Assembly (NCBI GenBank): GCA_963763775.1
Contig: CAVXPZ010000001.1
Coordinates: 160,001 to 224,000, forward strand
Length of the DNA stretch: 64,000 bases
From: an uncultured Chloroflexia bacterium
Lineage (GTDB): Bacteria; Chloroflexota; Limnocylindria; Limnocylindrales; CSP1-4
Direction of reading: 5' to 3'
The position numbers and the translations under genes are program-made. The notes beneath the pieces are model-generated. The model searched no databases. It was not told where the DNA came from and saw only the letters and a program-made list of their open reading frames with translations. Positions 20,683 to 32,440 of the stretch are shown here, one piece after another (position 1 is the first letter of the stretch; each line of letters starts with the position of its first letter).

Positions 20683-21491
20683 CGGCCGTGGCCGCCGAGC
20701 GACCCGAGCGAGGGATCAGCCCGTGGCGTCGGACGGTCCGCTACTACCTGTCCCGGATCGTCGTCTCGATCCTGGTGCGAGCGTGGGTTCGCGTCCGACT
20801 GGATGGCCGTGACCGGCTGCCCCAGGGTCCGGCCATCTACTGTTTCAACCACCTGAGCTGGACCGACCCGTTCATGCTGATGGCCGTCCTGCCGCTCCGG
20901 CCCCGACTCTTCTTCTTCGGCCCGAAGGAGGAGGACATGGCGATCGGGGGCCGGAACCGGCTGATGATCTGGACCGGGACCGCCATCCCGTACAAGCCCG
21001 GCAAGAACGACCTGCTCGACGCCACGCGGCGCGTCGGGGCGGTGGTCCGCGACGGCGGGGTCGTGGCGATCGCCGGAGAGGGGAGGATCCACCCGAGGGA
21101 ATCCGAGTTGCTCCCGCTCAGCGAGGGGGCGGCGTACTTCGCCATCCGCTCCGGTATCCCGCTCGTGCCCATCGCGATCAATGGCACGAGCTGGCTGTCG
21201 TTCGGCGGCCACGTCCGTGTGCACGTCGGCGAGCCGCAGGTCCGACCGGGCCGGCCGACCCGGGCCGCCGTCGAGGCCCTCACCTCCGAGACCTGGATCG
21301 CGCTCCATGCGATGGTCGCCGACGCGCCTGAGATGCCGATCCCGGGACGGATCGGTCGATGGCTCACCGAGCGCTTCAACGACTGGCCGGAAGGCTCGCG
21401 CGACGCGGCGATGGCCGTGCCACCGGGGGGCGTGGTGGGCCCGACGGCGGACGAGGCCGCAGCAGCCGACGGGGCCGCCGCGGACGACTGA
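20679..21491 (+). CDS. lysophospholipid acyltransferase (PlsC-like)
   Basis: NHLSWTDP, GEGR, GAAYFA, PLVPIAING. Confidence 0.88.
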   Translation: MTAVAAERPERGISPWRRTVRYYLSRIVVSILVRAWVRVRLDGRDRLPQGPAIYCFNHLSWTDPFMLMAVLPLRPRLFFFGPKEEDMAIGGRNRLMIWTGTAIPYKPGKNDLLDATRRVGAVVRDGGVVAIAGEGRIHPRESELLPLSEGAAYFAIRSGIPLVPIAINGTSWLSFGGHVRVHVGEPQVRPGRPTRAAVEALTSETWIALHAMVADAPEMPIPGRIGRWLTERFNDWPEGSRDAAMAVPPGGVVGPTADEAAAADGAAADD

Positions 21492-21539
21492 CCGGCTCTG
21501 GCATACTTCCGGGCGTCGACACAGCGTGCAGGAGGGACC

Positions 21540-21905
21540 GTGGGAGCCACCGGGCTTTCGGCCGACCCCAAGGAGTATCGGAGCCGCCTCGGCGATCAGG
21601 AGGACGCCCAGATCGACGCCTGGAGCGCCGAGCTGATGCGGGACGTGGCGATCCGCCGCGGCGTGGTCAAGGTGGTCGAGGACTTCCGTCGCGCGGCGAA
21701 GCTCGACGAGGCCGGTTTCGAACGCGTGTTCGCTTCTGGTGGCGGCCCGCCCGCGGTCATCGGCCGCGACCGCGACGGCCACCTGATGGTGCCGGCGATC
21801 ACGCTCCACGCGCTCGTCCCGGGCATCCACGCCCAGGTCCCGGACGGCCGGGACCGGCTCATCGCCTACCTGGTGGCGAACTTCGGGGAGATCGTCTACG
21901 TCTGA
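21540..21905 (+). CDS. hypothetical protein
   Basis: 121-aa ORF with GGAGGG RBS. Confidence 0.6.
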   Translation: MGATGLSADPKEYRSRLGDQEDAQIDAWSAELMRDVAIRRGVVKVVEDFRRAAKLDEAGFERVFASGGGPPAVIGRDRDGHLMVPAITLHALVPGIHAQVPDGRDRLIAYLVANFGEIVYV

Positions 21906-22795
21906 GGCGACCGACGCCCCGGCGTCGGTCTCGCCCGCGCCCGCGCCCCGGCGGGGCGGACGTCTCTGGGCCAGGATCCGCCTGACCCACCCGTTCCCCT
22001 CGATCCTCGACGGCCTCGTCACCGGCTTCGTCGCGTTCATCGCGTCCCTGGACCCGCTGAGTGCCGTGCGCCTCGCCGTCTCGATGACGCTCCTCCAGGT
22101 GTCGATCGGGATCCTGAACGACGTCATCGACGCGCCGAGGGACGGCGACCGGGTGCCGCCGAAGCCCATCCCCGCCGGGCTGGTGTCGGCACGGACCGCC
22201 ATGGGCGGCGTCGTCGCGGCAGCCGTCGCTGGGACTGGCCCTGGCGGCCCCATCCGGCCTCCCGACGGTCGGGCTCGCGGTCGTCGTCCTGGCGATCGGC
22301 TATGGCTACGACCGGTTCGCCAAGGGCACGGCCTGGTCCTGGGTGCCGTTCGCCCTCGGGATCCCGCTCCTGCCGGTCTACGGCTGGCTCGGCGCGGCAG
22401 GAGAGCTCCCCTCGTTCTTCGCGCTGCTGGTCCCGGTCGCGATGCTGGCGGGCGCCGCCCTGGCGATCGCCAACGCCCTGGCCGACCTCGAGCGCGACAC
22501 CTCGAGCGGCACCGACTCCATCGCCCGCCGCCTGGGCCGCGAGCGGGCGTGGCGCGTCCACGCCTGGCTCCTGTGGGTGACGCTCATCCTGGCCTATGCC
22601 GCGCTCATCGGGCTCGGAGCGCACTCGTTGGCCATCGGCGGGGCCACGGTCGGCAGCGTGGTCGTCGCGTATGCGGCGAGCATGGGCCGTGAGGGCGGCC
22701 CGGAGCGTCGCAAACGGATGTGGGAACTGGAGGCGGTCGGCCTCGCGATCCTCGCCATCGCCTGGGTCGCCGGGATGGTGACCGCGCCCGCGTGA
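21895..22795 (+). CDS. UbiA family prenyltransferase, frameshifted, start uncertain
   Basis: HPFPS, NDVIDAPRD..KPIPAG and ANALADLERD Asp-rich motifs across two frames. Confidence 0.8.
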
Positions 22796-22819
22796 ACCGC
22801 GGGCGCGGGCCGACCGGGT

Positions 22820-23881
22820 TCAGGCGGGCGGGTCGTCGCTCCGGACCATCGCGATCGCATTCTCGAGCTTGAGCTTCGCGATCGTCAGGTACTTCGCGAG
22901 GTTGGCTCGATCGACCGAGCCGATCCCATGGCGGACATCGGGGTCGCGCAGGACGTCGATGAGGTCCTCGACCGCGTCGCCCAGTTGCTGCTTGGCGTTG
23001 ACCAGGGAGTCGTCGGTGACCCGGACGGGGGACCGACTGCCTGCCCAGTCATCGGCTTCGGGGGTGCGCGCCTCGACCACCGCGACAGCGGGGGCCACCG
23101 TGGTCTCGACCTCGTCGACCTCGTCGACGTCGTCGATCGCCATGTCCGCTCGGTCGACGCCGGCCCCGCGGGTCGGCCGCGTCCGACGTCCCTCGATCTT
23201 GTCGCGCAACTTGACGAGGGTCAGCTCGCCCCTGGCCACCTGCTCCGCGAGCCGGCGACGCTTCTTCGGGTCCTCGACCTTCATCAGCTCGTAGGCGTGC
23301 GAGAGCGTGTCTTTGCGCAAGGACACGAGCTCGCGGACTTCGGCGGGGGCGTCGGCGAGGCGCAGCCGGTTCTCGAGATAGCCCTTGTCCTTGCCGAGCT
23401 TGTCGGCAAGCTTGCGGATGCTGTAGCCGTGCTCCCGGACCATCCGGTCGTACATCGCCGCTTCATCGAGCGGGGAGAGGTCCTCTCGCTGGAGGTTCTC
23501 GATGATCGCGATCTCCAGCGCCGTGTCGTCGTCGATGTCCTCGATGAGGGCGGGGATCGTCGTGAGACCGGCGATGGTCGACGCACGCCAGCGACGCTCG
23601 CCCGCGATCAACTGATACCGCAGGGCGTCGAGCGGTCGTACGAGGATGGGCTGGAGGACACCGTGCTCGCGGATCGACGCGGCCAATTCGTTGAGGCTGG
23701 ACTCGTCGAAGGCGAGGCGCGGCTGTTCCGGGTTCGCCTCGATGCGATCGATGGCGATGATGCGGACGCCGACCGAGCGGATCGGACCGTCCGACGACAG
23801 CAGGCTGACGATGGCAGGGGAGAGTTCGCGATCCTCGGACAGCCGACGGGCGGCTGCCGCGCGGAAGTCAGGCCGGGACAA
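22820..23881 (-). CDS. parB: ParB/RepB/Spo0J family partition protein
   Basis: NPEQPR, LQPILVR, IAGERRWRA (GxxRxxA), ENLQREDL, HTH; TTG start with GGAGG RBS overlapping the parA end. Confidence 0.93.
   Translation of the reverse strand: MSRPDFRAAAARRLSEDRELSPAIVSLLSSDGPIRSVGVRIIAIDRIEANPEQPRLAFDESSLNELAASIREHGVLQPILVRPLDALRYQLIAGERRWRASTIAGLTTIPALIEDIDDDTALEIAIIENLQREDLSPLDEAAMYDRMVREHGYSIRKLADKLGKDKGYLENRLRLADAPAEVRELVSLRKDTLSHAYELMKVEDPKKRRRLAEQVARGELTLVKLRDKIEGRRTRPTRGAGVDRADMAIDDVDEVDEVETTVAPAVAVVEARTPEADDWAGSRSPVRVTDDSLVNAKQQLGDAVEDLIDVLRDPDVRHGIGSVDRANLAKYLTIAKLKLENAIAMVRSDDPPA
23306..23327. promoter_or_regulatory. palindrome copy 1 (candidate parS) inside parB
   Basis: CGTGTCTTTGCGCAAGGACACG, 22-bp inverted repeat with one mismatch. 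Confidence 0.6.
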
Positions 23882-24638
23882 GGTCCACCACCTCCCGGGC
23901 AAGCTCGCGGTACGTGCGGGCCGCCTCGCTGTTTCCGGCGTACGAGGTGATCGGCCGACCGACGAGCGGTGCCTCACCCAGTTTCACCGTGTTGCGAACG
24001 ATGCTGTTGAAGACGTGATGATCGCCGACCACACGCAGCTCATCGAGCATGTCGCGCGCAAGGTTGGTCCTGGCGTCGAAGAACGTCGGCAGCAGCCCGA
24101 GGATCCGCAGGTCTCGGTTCAACTTCACGCGGATGGCGTTGATGACCTTCACCAGATTGTTGAGGCCCTTCATCGCGTAGTACTGCGTCTGGACCGGGAT
24201 GATCACGCCGTTCGCGGCGACAAGCCCGTTGACGGTCAGCAGTCCCAGGTTGGGCGGGCAGTCGATGAGGATGTAGGCGTAGTCGTCGACGTGACCCTCG
24301 AGGGCCTCGCGCAGGATCTGCTCGCGGCCGAGCGCCGTGAAGAGTTCACCTTCGGTCGAGGCAAGGTCGATGTGCGCGGGCGCGACATCGATGCCGGCGA
24401 TCTCCGTCGGCAGGATGATGTCGGCGAGGGATGACCGGCCGTCCGCGAGGACGTCCGCCATCGAACGCTCGACGGTGTTCAGGTTGATCCCGAGGCCAGC
24501 CGTCAGGTTCGCCTGCGGATCCATGTCGATGCACAGGACGCGGTGACCTTCCTCGGCCAGGGCACCCGCGAGATTGATCGCGGTGGTCGTCTTGCCGACG
24601 CCGCCCTTCTGATTCGCGATCGCGATCACGTTCGTCAC
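23868..24638 (-). CDS. parA: ParA/Soj family ATPase
   Basis: ANQKGGVGKTT deviant Walker A, DMDPQAN, IDCPPNLG, EAP..G. Confidence 0.95.
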   Translation of the reverse strand: MTNVIAIANQKGGVGKTTTAINLAGALAEEGHRVLCIDMDPQANLTAGLGINLNTVERSMADVLADGRSSLADIILPTEIAGIDVAPAHIDLASTEGELFTALGREQILREALEGHVDDYAYILIDCPPNLGLLTVNGLVAANGVIIPVQTQYYAMKGLNNLVKVINAIRVKLNRDLRILGLLPTFFDARTNLARDMLDELRVVGDHHVFNSIVRNTVKLGEAPLVGRPITSYAGNSEAARTYRELAREVVDLVPA

Positions 24639-24742
24639 CGGGGCATCACCTCGAATCCGTGTCGATGGGCTCCCGCGGGCGGCGGGAAGGGGAGCGCGTC
24701 GCGACATGCTACACCCGCGCGTGCGCTCAGCGGATACCCCGG

Positions 24743-24785
24743 TTATCCACACCAACCGGGACTTGTTCACCGAATTTGTGGATAT
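24743..24785. promoter_or_regulatory. DnaA-box cluster
   Basis: TTATCCACA (24743-24751, perfect), TTGTTCACC (24763-24771, weak), TGTGGATAT (24777-24785, one mismatch, reverse). Confidence 0.55.
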
Positions 24786-24884
24786 CCCGCACCACGGATG
24801 CCGGGACGGCGATGTCACCTTCGGCCCGCCCGGACGTGCCGCGGAGCCCTTGGAGCGCCGTCGGCCGCGACTATGATGGTGGCT

Positions 24885-24900
24885 GTCCTTGCGCAAAGAC
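24885..24900. promoter_or_regulatory. palindrome copy 2 (candidate parS/operator)
   Basis: GTCCTTGCGCAAAGAC, identical core to copies 1 and 3. Confidence 0.6.
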
Positions 24901-26476
24901 GCCCAGCCGGAGGACCGACGGTTGCCCACCAACGACGAGCGCATCGCTCGACTCGAGCGGATGCGCGAGGAATTGCGACAGGGCGGAGGCCCGGTCCGCA
25001 TCGAGCGTCAACACACCTGGGGAAAGCTCACCGCTCGCGAGCGACTCGACCTGTTGCTGGATCCCGACTCCTTCGTCGAAGTGGATGCATTCGTGACGCA
25101 TCGGTCGATGGGCTTCGGTCTCGGGGACCAGCACATCCTCGGTGACGGCGTGGTGACCGGGCACGGCACCATCGACGGTCGGCTGGTCTTCGTCTTCAGC
25201 CAGGACTTCACGGTCTTCGGCGGGTCGCTGTCGGAGGCGTACGCGGAGAAGATCTGCAAGGTCATGGATCTGGCGATGAAGGTCGGGGCGCCGATCATCG
25301 GCCTCAACGATTCCGGGGGCGCCCGGATCCAGGAAGGTGTCGCGTCGCTCGGCGGGTACGCCGACATCTTCCTGCGCAATGTGATGGCGTCCGGAGTCGT
25401 GCCGCAGATCTCGGTGATCATGGGGCCGTGCGCCGGTGGGGCGGTGTACTCGCCCGCGATGACCGACTTCACCGTGATGGTGGAGCGAACGAGCTACATG
25501 TTCGTCACCGGCCCCAACGTCGTCCGCACCGTGACCCATGAAGAGGTCGATTCCGAATTCCTCGGCGGCGCGCAGACGCACACGACCAGGAGCGGTGTCG
25601 CCCATCTGGCGGCGAGCGATGAGTCCGAGGCGCTCGATGCCGTGCGGCGAATCCTCGGCCACCTTCCGCAGAACAATCTCGCCGATGCACCTCGTGGCGC
25701 CGACGCGCGACGCGAAGGACCGGATGGATCCGGAGCTGGACTCCGTCGTGCCGGACGATCCGTCGCGTCCATACGACATGCACGACGTCCTGCGGCGCGT
25801 CGTCGACGATGGCGCATTCCTGGAGATCCAGCCCGGTTGGGCGTCGAACATCCTCATCGGTTTCGCGCGACTCGGCGGTCGAAGTGTCGGGATCGTCGCG
25901 CAGCAACCGGCCGTGCTGGCGGGCGCCCTCGACATCGATGCCTCCAACAAGGCGGCGCGATTCGTCCGCACCTGCGATTGCTTCAACGTCCCGATCGTCA
26001 CGTTCGTCGATGTGCCGGGGTTCCTGCCAGGTGTCGGCCAGGAACATGGCGGGATCATCAAGCACGGCGCGAAGTTGCTCTACGCGTATTGCGAGGCGAC
26101 GGTCCCGAAGGTGACCGTCATCACGCGCAAGGCGTATGGCGGCGCCTACGACGTCATGAGCAGCAAGCATGTCCGCGGCGACATGAACTTCGCGTGGCCG
26201 ACCGCGGAGATCGCCGTCATGGGCGCGGAGGGCGCCGTCAGCATCATCTTCAAGGATGCGATCGCGGCGGCCGACGACCCGGTCGCGGAGCGGCAGAGGC
26301 TCGTCGCGGAGTACGAAGAAGAGTTTGCCAACCCGTACATCGCCGCGTCCCGCGGATACGTCGATGAGGTGATCCGACCGTCGGAGACGAGGCCACGCCT
26401 CATCCGCTCCCTCGAGGTCCTGCAGGACAAGCGCGACACCAACCCCAGGAAGAAGCATGGCAACATCCCGCTCTGA
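24889..26476 (+). CDS. pccB: acyl-CoA (propionyl-CoA) carboxylase carboxyltransferase beta subunit, frameshifted near 25690
   Basis: [31 protein letters not shown]; [24 protein letters not shown]. Confidence 0.9.
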
Positions 26477-26483
26477 TCGACCG

Positions 26484-26503
26484 GTGTCCTTGCGCAAAGA
26501 CAC
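26484..26503. promoter_or_regulatory. palindrome copy 3 (candidate parS/operator)
   Basis: GTGTCCTTGCGCAAAGACAC, 20/20 identical to the reverse complement of copy 1 (23307-23326). Confidence 0.6.
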
Positions 26504-28092
26504 GGACCCGCCGTTCCGCCGCGTCCTCGTCGCCAACCGGGGCGAGATCGCGGTCCGCATCATCCGGGCGTGCCATGAGTTGGGCATGGAGGCCGTGGCG
26601 GTCTACTCGGATGTCGACGCCGAAGCGATGCACGTCCGGCTAGCCGACGTCGCCGTCCGGATCGGTCCGGCGTCGCCGACGGAGAGCTACCTCGACGTCG
26701 ACGCGGTCATGGCGGCCGTCGATGCGACCGGGTCGGACGCCGTCCATCCCGGGTACGGGTTCCTGGCCGAGCGAGCCAGCTTCGCTCGCGCTGTCGAGGC
26801 GGCGGGCGTGACCTTCGTCGGCCCGCCGTCGGCGGCCATCGATGCGCTCGGGGACAAGCTCCACGCGCGGCGGACCGCTCGTTCCGTCGGCGTGGAAGCG
26901 GTGCCCGGGACCCTCGAGCCGGCGCCGGTCGACCAGCCGTCGCAGGTCGAGTCGATCATCGCGGCAGCCGAGGCGATCGGGTTCCCCCTCCTGGTCAAGG
27001 CCGCCGCGGGCGGCGGTGGCCGAGGGATGCGCCGCGTCGAGCGGGCGATCGACCTGCCGGCCGCCCTGGTCGCGGGATCCTCGGAGGCGGCGTCCGCGTT
27101 CGGCGACGGCTCGGTCTACCTCGAGCGCGAGGTCGTGCCGGCCCGCCACATCGAAGTCCAGCTCCTGGGTGACGCCTCCGGCCGGGTCGTGGCGATCGGG
27201 GAGCGGGACTGCTCGCTCCAGCGACGCCACCAGAAGCTCGTGGAGGAGGCGCCGGCGCCGGGGCTGACCACCGATGAGCGCCGTGCCCTGCACGACATGG
27301 CCGTCCGTGTGGCGACGGCGGCGGGCCTGCGGAACGCGGCGACGGCCGAGTTCCTCCGAGCCCCGGACGGAGCGTTCTACTTCCTCGAGGTGAACACGCG
27401 GCTGCAGGTCGAGCACGGGGTGACCGAGCTCGTCGCCGGACTCGATATCGTCCGGGAGCAGTTCTGGCTGGCGGCCGGCGCGTCCCTCTCGGTCGCGGCG
27501 ATCGCGGCATCGGAACGGGCCGCCCAGCCCGAGAGCCATGCGATCGAGGTCCGCCTGTCGGCCGAAGACCCGTCCCGCGACTTCGCGCCGACCCCGGGAC
27601 GGGTCCGCCGCTGGGTCATGCCATCGGGTCCGGGGATCCGCGTCGACACCGCGATCCAGGCAGGTGACCGAGTGCCGGCGGAGTACGACAACCTGATCGC
27701 GAAGGTCATGGTCCATGCCGGCGACCGCCCAGCGGCGATCGCCCGGTTGCGGCGCGCCCTCGACGAGACCGAGGTCAGCGGCATCCAGACGACCTTGCCG
27801 TTCCACCGGCACGTCGCGAGGCACGCAGGGTTCGCCGCGGGGGACCTCTCCACGGGTTGGGTGGGGGAGCACTGGGATGGTCCGGCCGAGGTCCGGGCGG
27901 CGGCTCGGACCGCCCAGCTCGCCGCTGGCCTTGACGCGCTTGGCCCGTCGGATCCATCACGGTTCGGCTCGGCCGGCCCGATCGGGCCGGCGCGGACCAC
28001 CCACACCGTCTCAGGCTGCGGACGAGGCCGGGTCCGACGGCGGCTGGCGCGGCGCGGCTCGGGCCGCGGCGACGGACCGGTGGCCAGGGTGA
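26490..28092 (+). CDS. biotin carboxylase subunit (AccC/PccA-like)
   Basis: VLVANRGEIAVR, HPGYGFLAE, GGGGRGM, RDCSLQRRHQK, EVNTRLQVEH; probable slip near 28000, true stop likely 28092. Confidence 0.88.
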
Positions 28093-28840
28093 CCCCGATC
28101 GACGAGCCCGCGATCGAAACCACGTCCGCCGAGCGCGTCGTCGACCCCCGCGCCGTTCGGGTCACGCTCGGGCCGGCGTTCGGCCACATCGACGCCCCGG
28201 CCATGGTGGTGGAGCCGCCGGCCACGCCGGTGGCTCCGACGGCTGCGGTCACGGGCGTGGGCATCCTCGGAGGGACCGTCGACGTCCCGCCTCGCGGCCC
28301 TGCCGAGTCGTCGACGCCACGCGGGTCCGGCCGGACCCAGGCGGGTCCCGTCCTCGTCGATGGTGAGCTTCTCGCGGTCTCACTGGTCCATCACGACGGC
28401 GCGCACGCGACCCTGCGGGTCGATCCCGGACTCGATGCCGGTCGTGGGGACCTTCCGATGGGCGAGCAGCGCGTCCTCATGGAGCCGGCCGAGGCCGAGG
28501 ACGGTCGAGGCGGCGTTCGGCGGGAGATCGTGGTCGACGGCTGGCGGATCGAGGTCGAGGTCGGATCCGAGCGCCGGGCCGCGCTTCGCGACCGGGCGCG
28601 ACGGGGCCGGGAGGAGACGGCCCGTGGCGGACCCACCGAGGTCCGTGCCATCATCCCGGGGCGCGTGGTGAGCGTGTCGGTGGCGGCGGGCGACCCCGTG
28701 GTGGCCAGCCAGCAGCTGCTCGTGGTGGAGGCGATGAAGATGCAGAACGAGCTGCGGGCGCCGCGCGACGGGACGATCTCGATGGTCGGCGTCTCGCCGG
28801 GGGCCACGATCGAGGTCGGCGACCTGCTCCTGGTCCTCGA

Positions 28841-28844
<4 letters not shown>
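28089..28844 (+). CDS. biotin carboxyl carrier protein
   Basis: VEAMKMQNE biotinylation motif; GTGA overlaps at both ends. Confidence 0.85.
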
Positions 28845-30526
<1,682 letters not shown>

Positions 30527-30532
30527 CGATCG

Positions 30533-30958
30533 TTGCGGCGCAAGCGACTCCTGAGGCGCGACCCTGCAACGCCCGCGTCTTCGCTACGACCACTCGCCCT
30601 GCTCGGCTCGTCGCATCACGACGTCGCGAGCGTCCATCAGGCCCTTGCGCGGATGCGGGCGCGGGGCTGGCTGGCGCTCGGTACCGACGGGACCCATGTC
30701 GGCTGGATCCAGCGTCGGCCGCAACACGGGTTGATCGTGCTGCTTGCCCTCCTCAGCGCCTTCGGCGGCGGGTGGAATGCCCAGGACCCAGAACGGAACG
30801 CCGACGGGTATCTCAACATCGTGGTGCGACCCGATGGCGCCGGCTCGACCATCGAGGTTCGAGGTCTCCTCGAGGGGCACATGGACCGAGCGGTGCGGTC
30901 GATCCTCGTCGAGCTCGACGTCAGGATCCTGCGGACGTGGGATCCAACGGAGGATTAG
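30533..30958 (+). CDS. hypothetical protein
   Basis: ORF filling the gap between mutase and epimerase; start uncertain. Confidence 0.35.
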   Translation: MRRKRLLRRDPATPASSLRPLALLGSSHHDVASVHQALARMRARGWLALGTDGTHVGWIQRRPQHGLIVLLALLSAFGGGWNAQDPERNADGYLNIVVRPDGAGSTIEVRGLLEGHMDRAVRSILVELDVRILRTWDPTED

Positions 30959-31081
30959 CGCCCTGGTCTGGGTCGGGACGACGCTCGCCCGAGCGATCAG
31001 GTCATCACTGAAGAGCGTACCCTGCGACCTGAGAGCGATGGCACGGCGATGTGCCGCCGGAGAGGGACGATGGAGGCAACG

Positions 31082-31564
31082 ATGCCGAACGCGCGCCGCG
31101 CCGACGCCGTCCCCGCCCGGATCGGCAAGCTCGGCAAGGTCCACCACGTCGCGCTGATCGTCGCGTCGATCGAGACGTCGCTCGCCTTCTGGCGCGACGC
31201 GCTCGGCCTGGGACTCGAGACGGTCATGGACATCCCGCAGGATCGCGTGCGGATCGCGTTCCTCACGGTCGGGGAGTCCAAGGTCGAGCTGGTGGAGCCC
31301 ACGGACGACACCACGGGCGTGGCGCGGTTCCTCGCGAACAAGGGCGAGGGCTTCCATCACGTCTGCTTCGAGGTGCCCAACCTCGCCGAGACGCTGCTCC
31401 ACCTCGAGATCGAGGGCATGGAGCTCATCGACACGTCCCCGCGTCGGGGGGCAGAGGGCCCGGTGGCCTTCATCCACCCCCGGTCATGTCACGGCGTGCT
31501 CGTGGAGCTCATCGAGGCGCCGGGGGGCCCGGCGTGGGCGAGCCTCGGGTTCAAGCCCGGCTGA
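31082..31564 (+). CDS. mce: methylmalonyl-CoA epimerase
   Basis: VHHVALIV, VELVEP, GEGFHHVCFEV, FIHPRSCHGVLVELIE. Confidence 0.92.
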   Translation: MPNARRADAVPARIGKLGKVHHVALIVASIETSLAFWRDALGLGLETVMDIPQDRVRIAFLTVGESKVELVEPTDDTTGVARFLANKGEGFHHVCFEVPNLAETLLHLEIEGMELIDTSPRRGAEGPVAFIHPRSCHGVLVELIEAPGGPAWASLGFKPG

Positions 31565-31607
31565 GCAGGGTCCGGCGCCTCGTCCCGGCCGCGAGAGCCG
31601 GGCCAGA

Positions 31608-31871
31608 TCAGTCGCGGCGCGGGCGTCCGCGCGGGTCGTCCTTGGGGATCTTGGGCTCGTGGCCCGGGCGCGGAGGGTTCGGCAGGGTGCCAGGGGCCAT
31701 GTCGGGCCGGCGCGCCTCGGGTCCGCGGGCGCGGGCCGCCTCGACGGCGAGCGTGAACTGCTTGGCCGTCGCCGCCGGCACGCTGCCCATCCACGCCGCC
31801 TCGATCTCGGCGACACGCACGGACTCGGCGGCGCGGCGCTCGCGCTCGGACTTGGAGTGCTTGGTCATCAT
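31608..31871 (-). CDS. small hypothetical protein
   Basis: MMTKHSKSERERRAAE... with GAAGGG RBS-like sequence. Confidence 0.5.
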   Translation of the reverse strand: MMTKHSKSERERRAAESVRVAEIEAAWMGSVPAATAKQFTLAVEAARARGPEARRPDMAPGTLPNPPRPGHEPKIPKDDPRGRPRRD

Positions 31872-31960
31872 CCATCCCTTCGGGCGTCGAGCGCGGACAG
31901 GGACTTGGCCCGTCCTCGGCGGCGCGACGACCGCCAGTCTACCCGCCCGGGCGGCGTCGG

Positions 31961-32437
31961 TCAGCGCAGCGACCAGGCGAACAGGACGTCGGCGGACCGG
32001 TCGGCCGTCCGACAGAACGCGACGACCTGGCCGGCGAGCTCGCGGATCCACGGTTTCTCCTCGCGTGGCAGCTCGCCGAGCTCCTCTTCCACGAGGTCGA
32101 TCCAGTGCCCCGCGATCGCGTCGATCGCCGCGTCCGGGACACGGGCGACCGCGGAGATCCAGGCGGGGTCGATGCGTTCGATGGTCCGGTCCACGCCGGC
32201 GTCGCCCGGTCCGTCGAGCTCCATCCGGGCATCGAGCAGGTCCGGCGGCTCCGAGCGTCCGGTCGCGACCCGGGCGGCCTCGGAGAAGAGGTCCAGCCAC
32301 GTGGGGTCGAGCCCGCCGCCGAGTGAGAGGTGGGCGTCGAACCGGGTCCGGTCGTCCAGCGCGAGGAGGTCGTCGAACTCGATGACGAGCAGGATCTCGC
32401 GGGCATCGCCGGCCACGAGGTCCATCCGCGCGCCCAT
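31961..32437 (-). CDS. hypothetical protein
   Basis: 158-aa ORF starting 3 nt after the sucD stop. Confidence 0.6.
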   Translation of the reverse strand: MGARMDLVAGDAREILLVIEFDDLLALDDRTRFDAHLSLGGGLDPTWLDLFSEAARVATGRSEPPDLLDARMELDGPGDAGVDRTIERIDPAWISAVARVPDAAIDAIAGHWIDLVEEELGELPREEKPWIRELAGQVVAFCRTADRSADVLFAWSLR

Positions 32438-32440
32438 CGG

